Counted from the first letter of the stretch, positions 1-9,295 are shown. The stretch: 45,725 nucleotides of DNA from Candidatus Shapirobacteria bacterium (GCA_023245435.1 JAHFKH010000002.1:1-45725); one strand, 5' to 3'. A program made the numbers and translations. Notes: a model not told the origin generated them from the sequence alone.

Positions 1-8
1 TAATCAAG

Positions 9-80
9 TGCGCCCACCGAGAATCGGACTCGGATCAACGGTTCCGCAAACCGCTATTCTATCCATTAAACTATAGGCGC
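9..80 (-). tRNA. tRNA-Arg (anticodon GCG)
   Basis: The reverse complement of 9-80 folds as a 72-nt cloverleaf. Acceptor GCGCCTA/TGGGCGC (7 bp, one G-T). D stem GTTT/GAAT with GG in the loop. Anticodon stem GCGGT/ACCGT with loop TTGCGGA (anticodon GCG, G37). T stem CCGAG/CTCGG. The T loop TCCGATT is non-canonical and CCA is not encoded. Confidence 0.75.
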
Positions 81-108
81 GAATCCTGTTATTATAACCT
101 AAATTGAT

Positions 109-681
109 CTATTTATCCTTACTTTGGGTACTTGGCTTATCTTCAAGGGGGAGTCGGTCAGCAAACCATTTGGTAATTTTATCGACCAGGGTAGGTGATT
201 CATCAAGCATGGGGATTATTTTTAAAACAATTTCTTTAATTTTTTCTTGATCTTTTGGATCAATTACCATAGTTACCTGCCTGGGAAATCGTAAATTAGT
301 TTCAAAAGCGACCGTAAGGCTGGATAATGATTTTTTGAACCAAAAACGATTTAAAAGAGCCCATTCATAACGCAAATCACCAAAATAAATACCACGATTA
401 GTTAATTTATTATTAACCATTCCTGGGGGAACAGTCGATAGGGCGTAATATAAAAACATGACGGCAATTAGGGATAAAATTAAAGGAAATTCATTAACAA
501 AAAATAATATAATTGAAACTAAGACTAAAATTGCAATCGCAGTAATCCAAAAATCTCTATCTTTGCGTTGAAAACTACGTTCAGGTGCTGTCCATTCAAA
601 TAAGGTTTTTTCTTCATTAACATCCTGCAATTTTTCCTCAATCGGGTCAATATTCTTTTTTACATCGGTCATTAATATCAT
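109..681 (-). CDS. hypothetical membrane protein (two central TM helices)
   Basis: 190-aa ORF with ATG at 681 (alternative ATG at 672). It has a hydrophobic hairpin, WITAIAILVLVSIILFF...LILSLIAVMFLYYAL. I recognise no family. Confidence 0.6.
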   Translation of the reverse strand: MILMTDVKKNIDPIEEKLQDVNEEKTLFEWTAPERSFQRKDRDFWITAIAILVLVSIILFFVNEFPLILSLIAVMFLYYALSTVPPGMVNNKLTNRGIYFGDLRYEWALLNRFWFKKSLSSLTVAFETNLRFPRQVTMVIDPKDQEKIKEIVLKIIPMLDESPTLVDKITKWFADRLPLEDKPSTQSKDK

Positions 682-726
682 CTTAGCATAAAATAGGGTG
701 TCTTTTTGTTATAATCAGAAGCAATT

Positions 727-812
727 GGAAGGGTGCGGCGAATGGTAAGCCACGGGTTTGCTAAACCCGCGTCAGAAATGGCATGAGGGTTCGACTCCCT
801 CCCCTTCCGCCA
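727..812 (+). tRNA. tRNA-Ser (anticodon GCU), type II with long variable arm, CCA encoded
   Basis: Acceptor GGAAGGG/CCCTTCC. Anticodon stem CGGGT/ACCCG with loop TTGCTAA. Long variable arm CGTCAGAAATGGCATG. T arm GAGGG-TTCGACT-CCCTC. Discriminator G followed by CCA. Confidence 0.9.
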
Positions 813-946
813 AAGGGTCAAAGTTCTATGCGACCCACTTGCTAGTCAAGTATTGCCCTAACCTGTTGGTGTTTATTCTTCAAAAGAAACATTTTTCGAT
901 TTAACAGCCTGTAATATATATAAATGGTGGAAGGCAAATAACTTAT

Positions 947-2116
947 TTATTCCTCAACTTTTGCAAATAGGAGGCTCTTGGCACTGAACAAAGCAGTAAT
1001 ACTTAAGATAGCAGTGGCAATTAAATATGGAGCCCGAAGTCCAATTTGACTATAAATAAAAGTACCAGCAACAGGTCCAATAATTCGGGCGACACTGCCG
1101 ATAGATTGACTAACACCCATTATATTTCCTTGCTCACTATCAGGAGTTTTTTTTGAAATGAGCCCAGCAAGTAACGGACCCGAAAGACTATTTCCAAAAG
1201 CCAATAACGTTACTGCAACAAAAAGCAAAGACATGTTGTTACTAAACGCAATCAAACCAAGAGCAAGTGCCATACAAACGATGGATACAATAATAGCGAT
1301 TCGTTCGGGAATAAATTTTAATATTCGTTTTAATAAAAACATCTGCATCACGATACCTATGAATCCTAAATAGGCAAAGATATAGCCGTTATCTCTGGCA
1401 GTTAGATGAAGTGAGTGTTCAGAAAAAAGAGCAAAAGTTCCCTGCATTAAGGAAAAAGCAAACATCATCATAAATGATATAGAAAGAAATAAACCAACTT
1501 CTGGATGAGTCAAAGCATCACGGAAATCTCCTAAACTAAAAAATTTCTTCCTTTTTTTAACCTCAACTTTAATGTCTTCATTAACTTTTATTGACTCAGG
1601 TAGAAAGAAATAGGTAAGAATTGTAGCTACCAGAGCAACTGCCCCAGCAACCAAGGCAGGAACGCCATAACCATAAACAGAGAGTAACCCGCCGGCTGCC
1701 GGTCCAAGAATCATCCCCAAACTAAGACCGGCCATCATAATTCCCATACCTTCAGTTCTATTTTCCTTACTGGTAATGTCGGCTATATAGGCCTGAGCAG
1801 TGGAGATATTTCCACCAGAAGCACCGTCAATGATGCGGGCTAAAAACAATAATGGTATAGAATTTGCAAAACCTAAAATTCCAAAAGATAATGCTGTTCC
1901 TCCAATAGAAAACAAAAGTATTGGCCGTCTGCCAAATCTATCCGATAACTCACCCAAAATCGGCGCTGATAAAAGCTGGAATACTGAATAAACAGTGGCA
2001 AGCAATCCAATAGTCACCGGTCCAGCACCAAAACTCTCGACATAGTAAGGCAGTAAAGGAAGAATAATACCAAAACCCAACATATTGATAAAAATAATCA
2101 AAAATATAATCCACAT
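947..2116 (-). CDS. MFS transporter
   Basis: About 12 predicted TM segments. MFS-type loop motif GELSDRFGRRPILL between TM2 and TM3. ATG at 2116; the track's start at 2131 is a GTG extension. Confidence 0.85.
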   Translation of the reverse strand: MWIIFLIIFINMLGFGIILPLLPYYVESFGAGPVTIGLLATVYSVFQLLSAPILGELSDRFGRRPILLFSIGGTALSFGILGFANSIPLLFLARIIDGASGGNISTAQAYIADITSKENRTEGMGIMMAGLSLGMILGPAAGGLLSVYGYGVPALVAGAVALVATILTYFFLPESIKVNEDIKVEVKKRKKFFSLGDFRDALTHPEVGLFLSISFMMMFAFSLMQGTFALFSEHSLHLTARDNGYIFAYLGFIGIVMQMFLLKRILKFIPERIAIIVSIVCMALALGLIAFSNNMSLLFVAVTLLAFGNSLSGPLLAGLISKKTPDSEQGNIMGVSQSIGSVARIIGPVAGTFIYSQIGLRAPYLIATAILSITALFSAKSLLFAKVEE

Positions 2117-2135
2117 CCGTCTGTCTCTCACGTGT

Positions 2136-3353
2136 TTATTCGTATCTTAATGCCTCAATAGGTGATAACTTGGCGGCTCTTTGGGCGGGATAATAGCCAA
2201 AAACAACTCCAACAATTGAAGAGACACCGACGGCAAGAAGAATTGAAGTCGGGGAAACGACAAAGGGAATATTAATTAAAGTGGAGGCGATAAATGAAAG
2301 AATGATTCCAATTGTCATCCCAATTACTCCCCCAACCAGGGTTAAAACAATGGCCTCTAGAATAAATTGAGTAAGAATGTCCCGATCTCTGGCACCAATA
2401 GATTTCAAAAGACCGATCTCTTTGGTCCTTTCGGTAACAGTCATGAGCATCATGTTCATAATGCCGATGCCACCGACAACCAGAGAAATACCGGCAATAC
2501 CGGCTAAAAGAGAAGTAAGTAATCCGGTAACTGAACCGACAGTGGCAAGGGCTTCCTGAGAACTGTTGACAGTAAAATCTTTTAAATCTCCTTCGGCAAT
2601 ATTGTGTTGATCAATCATTAGGGCGGTGACATCATTTATAGTTTGATCCACAAGATCGGCATTTTCTGCTTTGGCTAGAATAAAGGAAACATAATCCTGG
2701 CCGAGAAGAATTTTCATGGCCGTGTTGACGGGGATATAAACAGCTTTGTTGGGATTAGAAATAGCACTACTGTCCTTTTCTGTTAAAACACCAACTATCC
2801 TAAATGAGCGATTATCAATTTTTATGGTTTCGCCAACCGGTTCGGCACCTTCTCCAAATAAATCAGTGACCACTTGTGAACCAATGACAGCGACTCGAGA
2901 GAGGGCGCTTTCATCGTCTTTAGTAAAAAATTCACCTTGTTTAGCTTCCAGTGACTGAATAGAGAAATAATCGGCGGAGACTCCTTGGACATTAATATTG
3001 ATAGTTTGTCCATTAGCATTGGCTTGAACTGGTTTAGAAACAAGGGCTGAAACTGCTGAAATATTTTGAATTCGGGTTTTATCAGCTAAAGCTTTAGCAT
3101 CTTCGAGTTTAAGACTGTTGGTTTGAGTGCGTATTCCCTGTCGACCTTCACTTGATCCTGGGGTGATATAAATGGTGTTGGTACCAAACGAAGAAAGTTG
3201 ATTGTTAATACTTTTAGTGGCGCCATCTCCTAAGGAAATAATTAAAATAACTGAGGCAATCCCAATAACAATGCCAAGCATAGTTAAAAGAGTACGAAGA
3301 ACATTTCCCTTGAGGGCAGCGATGGCAGATAAAATAAGTTCGCGGTAATTCAT
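2136..3353 (-). CDS. ABC transporter permease, MacB/FtsX family
   Basis: N-terminal TM helix, a large extracytoplasmic domain, and a C-terminal FtsX-like 3-TM bundle (TERTKEIGLLKSIGARDRDI...). It sits directly downstream of a MacB-type ATPase gene. Confidence 0.85.
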   Translation of the reverse strand: MNYRELILSAIAALKGNVLRTLLTMLGIVIGIASVILIISLGDGATKSINNQLSSFGTNTIYITPGSSEGRQGIRTQTNSLKLEDAKALADKTRIQNISAVSALVSKPVQANANGQTININVQGVSADYFSIQSLEAKQGEFFTKDDESALSRVAVIGSQVVTDLFGEGAEPVGETIKIDNRSFRIVGVLTEKDSSAISNPNKAVYIPVNTAMKILLGQDYVSFILAKAENADLVDQTINDVTALMIDQHNIAEGDLKDFTVNSSQEALATVGSVTGLLTSLLAGIAGISLVVGGIGIMNMMLMTVTERTKEIGLLKSIGARDRDILTQFILEAIVLTLVGGVIGMTIGIILSFIASTLINIPFVVSPTSILLAVGVSSIVGVVFGYYPAQRAAKLSPIEALRYE

Positions 3354-3357
3354 ATAA

Positions 3358-4056
3358 TTAGTTCTTTTTATCAGAAATTATTTTGCCATCTTTTAAACGC
3401 ACAACTCGTTTGGCAAAAGTGGCCATATCGTCCTCGTGAGTAATAAGAACAATGGTATGACCTTTTTTATTGAGTTCTTGAAAAAAGGTCATAATTTCAG
3501 TGGCGGTTTTACTGTCTAAATTTCCAGTTGGTTCGTCGGCTAGAATAATGGCTGGACTCATCACTAACGCCCGGGCAATTGCCACCCGTTGAATTTGACC
3601 TCCGGAAATGTGATTGGAGATATTATTGGATTTTGATTCGATATTAACGAGTTTCAAGGCTTCCATAGCCCTTTTTTGCCGTTCTTCAGGAGGAATACCA
3701 GCATACATCATGGGGCGTTCGACATTTTTGAGGACAGTAGTTCGGGGAAGTAAATTGAAAGATTGAAAGACGAAGCCAATTTCACGATTCCTAATGTAAG
3801 CTAATTCATCACTATTGTAGGAGCTGATGTCTTTACCCTTTAGAAAATATTGGCCACTAGTGGGGGTGTCGAGGGCACCTAAAATATGCATGGTAGTGGA
3901 TTTACCACTGCCTGATGGTCCCATAATAGCCACAAATTCCCCTTTTTTAATATCAAGAGAAAGTCCTTTTAGGGCCTCATAACCATCGCTTCCTTGACCA
4001 TAGATCTTAGTGATATTTCGGAGGGAAATGATAACGGTGTCGTCTTTTTGATTCAT
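3358..4056 (-). CDS. ABC transporter ATP-binding protein (MacB/LolD type)
   Basis: Walker A GPSGSGKST, signature ISGGQIQRVAIARAL, Walker B ILADEPTGNLD, H-loop ITHE. Confidence 0.95.
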   Translation of the reverse strand: MNQKDDTVIISLRNITKIYGQGSDGYEALKGLSLDIKKGEFVAIMGPSGSGKSTTMHILGALDTPTSGQYFLKGKDISSYNSDELAYIRNREIGFVFQSFNLLPRTTVLKNVERPMMYAGIPPEERQKRAMEALKLVNIESKSNNISNHISGGQIQRVAIARALVMSPAIILADEPTGNLDSKTATEIMTFFQELNKKGHTIVLITHEDDMATFAKRVVRLKDGKIISDKKN

Positions 4057-4059
4057 AAT

Positions 4060-5271
4060 TTAGCCTCCAAGTGGACTGCTACTAGTTGACTTTACAGCTC
4101 CATTTTTAGTACCAGTGATGATTTGAGTACCTTCATCAAGACCACTTTTAATTTCGGTTCGTTCTGGGCTCTTAATGCCAATTTCAACCGGAATATATTT
4201 GGTAGTTTTAGTTTTAGGATCGATAACTTGAACAGCTTTTTTGCCCTCGTAGGGTTTAATAGCGCTGTTGGGAACGGTCAAAACATTTTCAGCTTTGTCG
4301 ACTTCGATATCAACATTAGCGGTCATGGCTGGGCGGATAGAATCTTCAGGGTCGGTTATTTTGATAACAATATTGTAGGTAATAACGCCGAGAGTATTGG
4401 TACCGATGGAATCGACATGAATGACTTGACCATTGAATGTTTTACCGGGAAAAGCATCCAGATTTAATTGAGCAGAATCGCCATTTTTTACTTTTGGAAC
4501 ATCGACCTCATTTAGGGCTAATTTTACAGTATAGCTGTTAAGATCGACAATAATGAGAACTGGTGTTGAGGAGGTGCTCAGAACAGTGCCACCGTTGGCA
4601 ATTACTTTGTCACCGATTTCGTAGGCTAAATTGGCGATGGTTCCGGAAGAGGGAGCTTTAACAGTGACACTTTGAGTTGTGCGATAAATAAATTCGGCTG
4701 ATTTAAGAGAAGCCTCGGCAGTTTTTAGAGTATCAGAGGCATTATCATTGGCAACTTCAAATGAGGTTCTGGTAGCTTTTTCAGAAAAGTTTTCATCACT
4801 GGAGTGGTCTTTTAGCTGGTCATGAATGTTGTCAACTAGGGCTTGAGTATTGCGTCGGTTATTAAGAGCTTGTTGATAGGCAGAAGCGGCACTTTGGTAA
4901 GTAGCAAAGGCGGCAGCCTTTTCCTGGTCGGTGGCAGTACTACGGATTTGAAACAGATTTTGATTGACTTTAACAGAAGCACCATCTTCGACATAAATTT
5001 TTTCGATAATTCCGGTGGAACTGGAATAGACGTCAGATCTGTTGGTAGTGGCAATGTTACCGGTTTCAGAAACAATTTGGGAAATAGTGGCTTTTTCAAC
5101 AGCTTGAGTGAGATACTGGGGTTTTGCATTAGCACTTTGAACTCGCTTAAAGATAAAAAAAATGACAATTAAAATAGCAACAATTACAACTATTTTATTT
5201 TTCGTTCTTATTTTACGAAACCATTTAATTGGTTTTTGAACTGATTGAAGGATTTGTTTTAATTTATTCAT
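4060..5271 (-). CDS. efflux periplasmic adaptor (HlyD/MacA family)
   Basis: N-terminal TM anchor, a long coiled-coil middle region and a beta-barrel-like C-terminus. First gene of the adaptor-ATPase-permease operon. Its start overlaps the MarR stop by 8 nt. Confidence 0.8.
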   Translation of the reverse strand: MNKLKQILQSVQKPIKWFRKIRTKNKIVVIVAILIVIFFIFKRVQSANAKPQYLTQAVEKATISQIVSETGNIATTNRSDVYSSSTGIIEKIYVEDGASVKVNQNLFQIRSTATDQEKAAAFATYQSAASAYQQALNNRRNTQALVDNIHDQLKDHSSDENFSEKATRTSFEVANDNASDTLKTAEASLKSAEFIYRTTQSVTVKAPSSGTIANLAYEIGDKVIANGGTVLSTSSTPVLIIVDLNSYTVKLALNEVDVPKVKNGDSAQLNLDAFPGKTFNGQVIHVDSIGTNTLGVITYNIVIKITDPEDSIRPAMTANVDIEVDKAENVLTVPNSAIKPYEGKKAVQVIDPKTKTTKYIPVEIGIKSPERTEIKSGLDEGTQIITGTKNGAVKSTSSSPLGG

Positions 5272-5707
5272 TATGTTCTTTAGTTAATGTTTCTAAAAGA
5301 TTGGCATATATTCTAGTAAGATCCTTGAGGTCTTTTGTTGGAATTTTAGAGAAAATCATTTGTATTTTTTCCATGAGTTTCTTTCTAAGAGTAACAAATT
5401 CCCTCTCGCCGCTTTCAGTGATAATTAGCCTGATAATACGTCTGTCTTCTTGATCATTAATTCTTTCTATAAGTCCTACCTTTACAAGTCTTTCTATAAG
5501 TTGTGTCGCTGAAGATTTTGAAAGTTTCAAAAAGTTAGCCAAACCACTAACAGTTCCACGTGGCTCTTCTTTTAAAAATTGGAGTGCCGTAAGTTGGAGC
5601 ATAGTTGCTTTTTTCTCTTCATGATCTTCCTGTGTCTGTTGAGACATAAGTTTTCCAAACTGCATCATGGTGCTAAATAATTGTTCGAAATCGGCGTCGT
5701 TTTTCAT
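5264..5707 (-). CDS. MarR family transcriptional regulator
   Basis: Winged-HTH signature LTALQFLKEEPRGTVSGLANFLKLSKSSATQLIERLVKVGLIERINDQEDRRII. Heads the efflux operon. Confidence 0.85.
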   Translation of the reverse strand: MKNDADFEQLFSTMMQFGKLMSQQTQEDHEEKKATMLQLTALQFLKEEPRGTVSGLANFLKLSKSSATQLIERLVKVGLIERINDQEDRRIIRLIITESGEREFVTLRKKLMEKIQMIFSKIPTKDLKDLTRIYANLLETLTKEHNE

Positions 5708-5730
5708 AGTTATTAGGTTTAACAGTTAAA

Positions 5731-5749
5731 TAGTTTACCACATAAACTA
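5731..5749. promoter_or_regulatory. inverted repeat TAGTTTA-N5-TAAACTA, candidate MarR operator
   Basis: Perfect 7-bp arms lie 24-42 nt upstream of the MarR start codon at 5707. MarR dimers typically bind such palindromes. Confidence 0.45.
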
Positions 5750-5792
5750 TATATTGCAACAATTTAATCTGTGGTAGAGTTTTTGACCATAC

Positions 5793-5888
5793 TTTGATCG
5801 TCAGCTTATTTGTTGTGTGTGTAAACTTTGTCTTGATTGCTGACACTATTTGGATTCTGTCTTCAGCAGATCCAGTTTTTAAAACGTA
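5793..5888 (-). pseudogene. relic of the 3' end of a large serine recombinase gene
   Basis: It translates to YVLKTGSAEDRIQIVSAIKTKFTHTTNKLTIK. This matches 23 of 32 residues at the C-terminus of the intact recombinase at 19431-20756 (HVLKAGSAEDRIQIMSAIKTKFILHNKQLTIK). No catalytic, recombinase or zinc-ribbon domain is present. Confidence 0.8.
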
Positions 5889-5900
5889 GCGAATAATATC

Positions 5901-5925
5901 CACAATTAATATAAAATTAATTGTG
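5901..5925. repeat. perfect palindrome CACAATTAAT-ATAAA-ATTAATTGTG
   Basis: The 10-bp arms are exact reverse complements with a 5-nt spacer. It lies within about 12 nt of where the recombinase relic homology ends. Confidence 0.9.
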
Positions 5926-6047
5926 TAATATGTTTACATTTTAGGGTGTAATAATAATCATCCTCATGTTGGTTGGATGCTAAACTATTTATTAGATAAT
6001 TCTACAAACTGCTTCCAAAATATTAAAAGAGGAAGTAAAAAAATCTA

Positions 6048-6668
6048 ATGATCGCCATTATTTTGACCGCCATTGCTACTTTTATTGTCACAGGAATAGA
6101 TGAAATTGTTGTTCTAACAATACTTTTTGTTCATTACAAAGAAAATAGTTCTGTCAGAGATATCTATATTGGTCAACTAATCTCAATGGTTGTTCTTTTG
6201 GCCATTAGTCTACTGGCGGTCTTTGGTATTACTACAATACCGAAGGAGTGGATTGGTCTATTGGGATTTGTTCCGTTTTTTTTGGGAATTAAAGTTTTTT
6301 TAATCGGCGATACCGAATCTTATGACGTGTATGAAGAAAAAGATTTAATTAAAAAAACCAAAAAGTTTAATAATTTAATTTTAGCAGTGGCCATAATTGC
6401 TATCGCTGGTGGTGCTGAAGAATTATCTATTTATATACCTTATTTAGCCTCTCTGAATACTAAAGATCTTATTACTACTCTAATAACCTTTATTTTATTA
6501 GTGCCAATTTGGTGTGCAGTATGTAAAAGACTTTCTTCTGTTAAGCGCATTCGTGAAAGAATTGAAAAATTTGAAAGAATTATCGTGCCAATTGTGTTTA
6601 TTGGTTTAGGTATTTTTGTTTTAATTGAAAACAATACTCTAGGTTATTTTTTAAAATTTTTTCATTAA
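6048..6668 (+). CDS. CadD-family (cadmium resistance transporter-like) membrane protein
   Basis: Five to six TM segments. The N-terminal motif IATFIVTGIDEIVVLTILF resembles the CadD/LysE-superfamily signature. SD-like GAGGAAG lies upstream. Confidence 0.6.
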   Translation: MIAIILTAIATFIVTGIDEIVVLTILFVHYKENSSVRDIYIGQLISMVVLLAISLLAVFGITTIPKEWIGLLGFVPFFLGIKVFLIGDTESYDVYEEKDLIKKTKKFNNLILAVAIIAIAGGAEELSIYIPYLASLNTKDLITTLITFILLVPIWCAVCKRLSSVKRIRERIEKFERIIVPIVFIGLGIFVLIENNTLGYFLKFFH

Positions 6669-6691
6669 GTCCAGAGAGGTTATAATTATTT

Positions 6692-7015
6692 ATGATCAAA
6701 AAACTCTTAATCAATGCTCTTGCGTTTTATATCACGGCATATTTAATACCCGGTATTGTCATTAACGGTTGGCCGGCTCTATTAGTTATTTCCGTTGTTT
6801 GGGGAATACTGACAACTACTATTAAACCGATACTCACTATTTTAACCCTACCAATTAATATTGGAACCTTAGGCTTATTTACATTTGTGATTAATGCCGT
6901 TCTGCTCTTAATTGTCAGCAATATTGTTCCTGGATTCAGTATTAATGGTTTCGGCAATGCCTTACTTGCTGCCGTAGTACTTGCTATTACTAACGGGTTT
7001 CTGTTGCTGATTTAG
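6692..7015 (+). CDS. phage holin family 4 / DUF360-like small membrane protein
   Basis: 107 aa with four TM helices. The YITAYLIPGI...GW start and the PIL.ILTLP.N..TLGLF core are typical of the YvlD/DUF360 family. Confidence 0.6.
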   Translation: MIKKLLINALAFYITAYLIPGIVINGWPALLVISVVWGILTTTIKPILTILTLPINIGTLGLFTFVINAVLLLIVSNIVPGFSINGFGNALLAAVVLAITNGFLLLI

Positions 7016-7790
7016 CCTTCAAATTAAAAAAATTACTGTCCATCATCGCTTGGTAACCTAAATCGATTAATTTTTGATAGTTTCTTTTTCTGAAATCCAA
7101 AATAAAAATATTATTGTCAGTTAAATTTAAATAAGTTATTTTTTGATTTTTTAATTTTTTAATCTCTTCTTGTCCGATACGAAGTTGCATAAAAGCGACT
7201 GAGCTATAAAGTACGTCGGGCGCAGAAGTGTTATTATCAATTTTTTTAATTGGTCCGGTAATATCAGAAATAATTAAGTTGTTAGTATCTTTAACCAGCG
7301 ATATTGGCAAATTATTTGCTACCCCACCGTCAATCAGATATCTTTCCTCAATTTTTACCGGAGAAAATACTCCGGGAATCGAAATGGCAGCCAATAACCC
7401 GGGGAAAAGTGATCCATGGTTAAAAATGATTTCTTCTTTTTGGTTAATATCAGTGGCGTTAAAAGAAAATGGTATTTTTAGTTCAGAAAAATTTGTAACC
7501 GGGATGAAACTTCTTAGAAGTGGTTCGATTCCCCGGGTTGAGCTTTCTCCTGTTCCGAAAGCACTGGTTTTTAACATCTTCAGATAATCGAGTTCTGAAA
7601 CTATTTTTTCTAGATCAATTTGGGGATCAGTAGCATATATCGCTCCGATTATCGCCCCAATTGAGGTTCCAGATACTTTATCTATTTTTATTCCTAGTTC
7701 TTGTATTGCTTTAATAACCCCGACATGAAAAAAACCTCTGGCTCCGCCGCCGCCAAGCACCAAACCAAGACTTTTCTTAGTAGATAACAC
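6990..7790 (-). CDS. patatin-like phospholipase
   Basis: Oxyanion motif GGGGARG, nucleophile elbow GTSIGA, and catalytic Asp in DGG (LIDGGVANN). GTG start. Confidence 0.9.
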   Translation of the reverse strand: MLSTKKSLGLVLGGGGARGFFHVGVIKAIQELGIKIDKVSGTSIGAIIGAIYATDPQIDLEKIVSELDYLKMLKTSAFGTGESSTRGIEPLLRSFIPVTNFSELKIPFSFNATDINQKEEIIFNHGSLFPGLLAAISIPGVFSPVKIEERYLIDGGVANNLPISLVKDTNNLIISDITGPIKKIDNNTSAPDVLYSSVAFMQLRIGQEEIKKLKNQKITYLNLTDNNIFILDFRKRNYQKLIDLGYQAMMDSNFFNLKAKSATETR

Positions 7791-7822
7791 AGCTAAAGTA
7801 TATCTAATTTAAAGAACTAAAG

Positions 7823-9295
7823 TTAAAAAGTGTCTTTGATGGTTTTAGACATGGTAGTAAAGACGAGTTTGAGACGATCAAAAAAACTTCGATTGTCTTT
7901 TTCCTCTTCAATAGCGGCCAATTTTGCCTTTTTGTCCACTTTAATCTCTTGAGTCCGTAAAACCACTTGTAAACTATGAGGAGCAGTATTTTTACTGGAA
8001 GTAAAAGAGACCTTTTTGGCACTGGTATCAATATCCAAAATCCCCAAGTCTTTATCAAATCGATTCCACTCATCTTTGACGACACTGGAAATTATCTGTT
8101 TATTTTTCTTGAGATCATCAGTTTTATTAAGGGCATTGTTCATGTCGCTCATCAAAGTGGATGCTCCATTTAAGCTGAGTTTTACCCCATCATTAAGTTT
8201 ATCGCCGTTACCATTATCAAAAAGACCAGTAATTCCGCCAAGGGTACCACTAAGATTATCCAAAAGGTTAGAAGTTTCTGATAGACCGCTATCGATTCCC
8301 ATGGCACTAGCGGTGGCCGAATAGGGAGACACACTAATAATGTAATTAAAACTATTCAATCTGGATTGCAAAGTATTTAAAGAATCTTTAGTTTGGTTAA
8401 GATTATTAATAGTGTCATTACCGGTATCGCCAACACTTTGACGGACTTCATTTAATTTATTAAGGCCGTCAGTAGTAGTTTGTAGACCACTTTGCATTCC
8501 GGTCATAATGTCGAAAACATCATCTAAAGTCGAATCAATGGCCTTGCTGGCACTAACTAGACTATTCTTATGTGCTTTAATCTGTTTAATACTGTCTAAT
8601 TGTCCTAAAGTTGCTGGCGTCATCGCCGCAATTACACCACTGCTTTCAAAACTGTCAGTTCCAATTTCAAAATGAAAAGTTTCACTTTGTTTTGGTAAAG
8701 CCACAAAAAACGCCGCCTGATATGAACCAATTGATTGCTGCTGAGATCCGGGAGCGCTGAAACTATAGTTTTTGTTACTGTCAGACATCATTCCCACCAT
8801 CAAAATAAAATTATTTTTATAATAACTATTCACCTTACTATTAGGAGTAACAGTCACATCAATTGCCATCAAACCAGAAGCCCCCGCTAATTTTTCCGCT
8901 TTGACTGGAACTCCGTTAAGTTTGTAGTTCACATCAATATTCCAAGGAATTTCTAAGTTATTATCTTGAGGGGTGACTTCGTAGTAAAAACGTTTAGGCG
9001 CAGTTTTTTCGTCCAAATTCCAAACCAAGTGATCACTATTTATTTCTGGTTTATCCAAGGTGCTCATATTAGTTACCTGTGAATATTGACCATAGTCGGT
9101 AATTTGAGTGTTGCTGTTTAAATCAACCCCTTTAACCACACTAACTTTTTTGACTTGGCCATAATAATCTAAGGTAAAATAAGCCGTTTCATCGGTAGTC
9201 GGCACTGGTACTGCCGCTAGGACCGGAAAACGACTAATCCCTGTTATTAGGCATAAACCAATAAAACTTATTAAAATTTGAGTTATCTTTTTCAT
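7823..9295 (-). CDS. secreted protein with central heptad/coiled-coil repeats (YhgE/Pip-like repeat region?)
   Basis: Signal peptide MKKITQILISFIGLCLITG. The central Asn/Leu/Gly-rich region has L..G heptads (GLQTTTDGLNKLNEV..., LLDNLSGTLGGITGL). Its start is 2 nt after the stop of the upstream MMPL gene. Confidence 0.6.
   Translation of the reverse strand: MKKITQILISFIGLCLITGISRFPVLAAVPVPTTDETAYFTLDYYGQVKKVSVVKGVDLNSNTQITDYGQYSQVTNMSTLDKPEINSDHLVWNLDEKTAPKRFYYEVTPQDNNLEIPWNIDVNYKLNGVPVKAEKLAGASGLMAIDVTVTPNSKVNSYYKNNFILMVGMMSDSNKNYSFSAPGSQQQSIGSYQAAFFVALPKQSETFHFEIGTDSFESSGVIAAMTPATLGQLDSIKQIKAHKNSLVSASKAIDSTLDDVFDIMTGMQSGLQTTTDGLNKLNEVRQSVGDTGNDTINNLNQTKDSLNTLQSRLNSFNYIISVSPYSATASAMGIDSGLSETSNLLDNLSGTLGGITGLFDNGNGDKLNDGVKLSLNGASTLMSDMNNALNKTDDLKKNKQIISSVVKDEWNRFDKDLGILDIDTSAKKVSFTSSKNTAPHSLQVVLRTQEIKVDKKAKLAAIEEEKDNRSFFDRLKLVFTTMSKTIKDTF

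Noticed and set aside
4123-5172. Plus-strand ORFs 4123-4467 and 4843-5172, and the same-strand alternative-frame ORF 4836-5168, inside the adaptor gene.
   Set aside because: They lie entirely within a well-supported HlyD-family CDS and have low-complexity, Ser/Phe/Asn/Ile-rich translations. These are shadow ORFs.
5673-5903. 76-aa ORF in the track, considered as a real gene.
   Set aside because: Only its first ~35 codons resemble anything (the recombinase C-terminus). The frame then reads through the position of the original stop into the MarR promoter region. I treat it as a gene relic, not a functional CDS.
7804-8085. 93-aa minus-strand ORF overlapping the 3' end of 7823-9295 in another frame. 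The same applies to 2822-3043, 29511-29732, 31241-31435, 36843-37076 and 38454-38657.
   Set aside because: These are same-strand alternative frames inside longer supported CDSs, with Leu/Lys/Pro-rich low-complexity translations.
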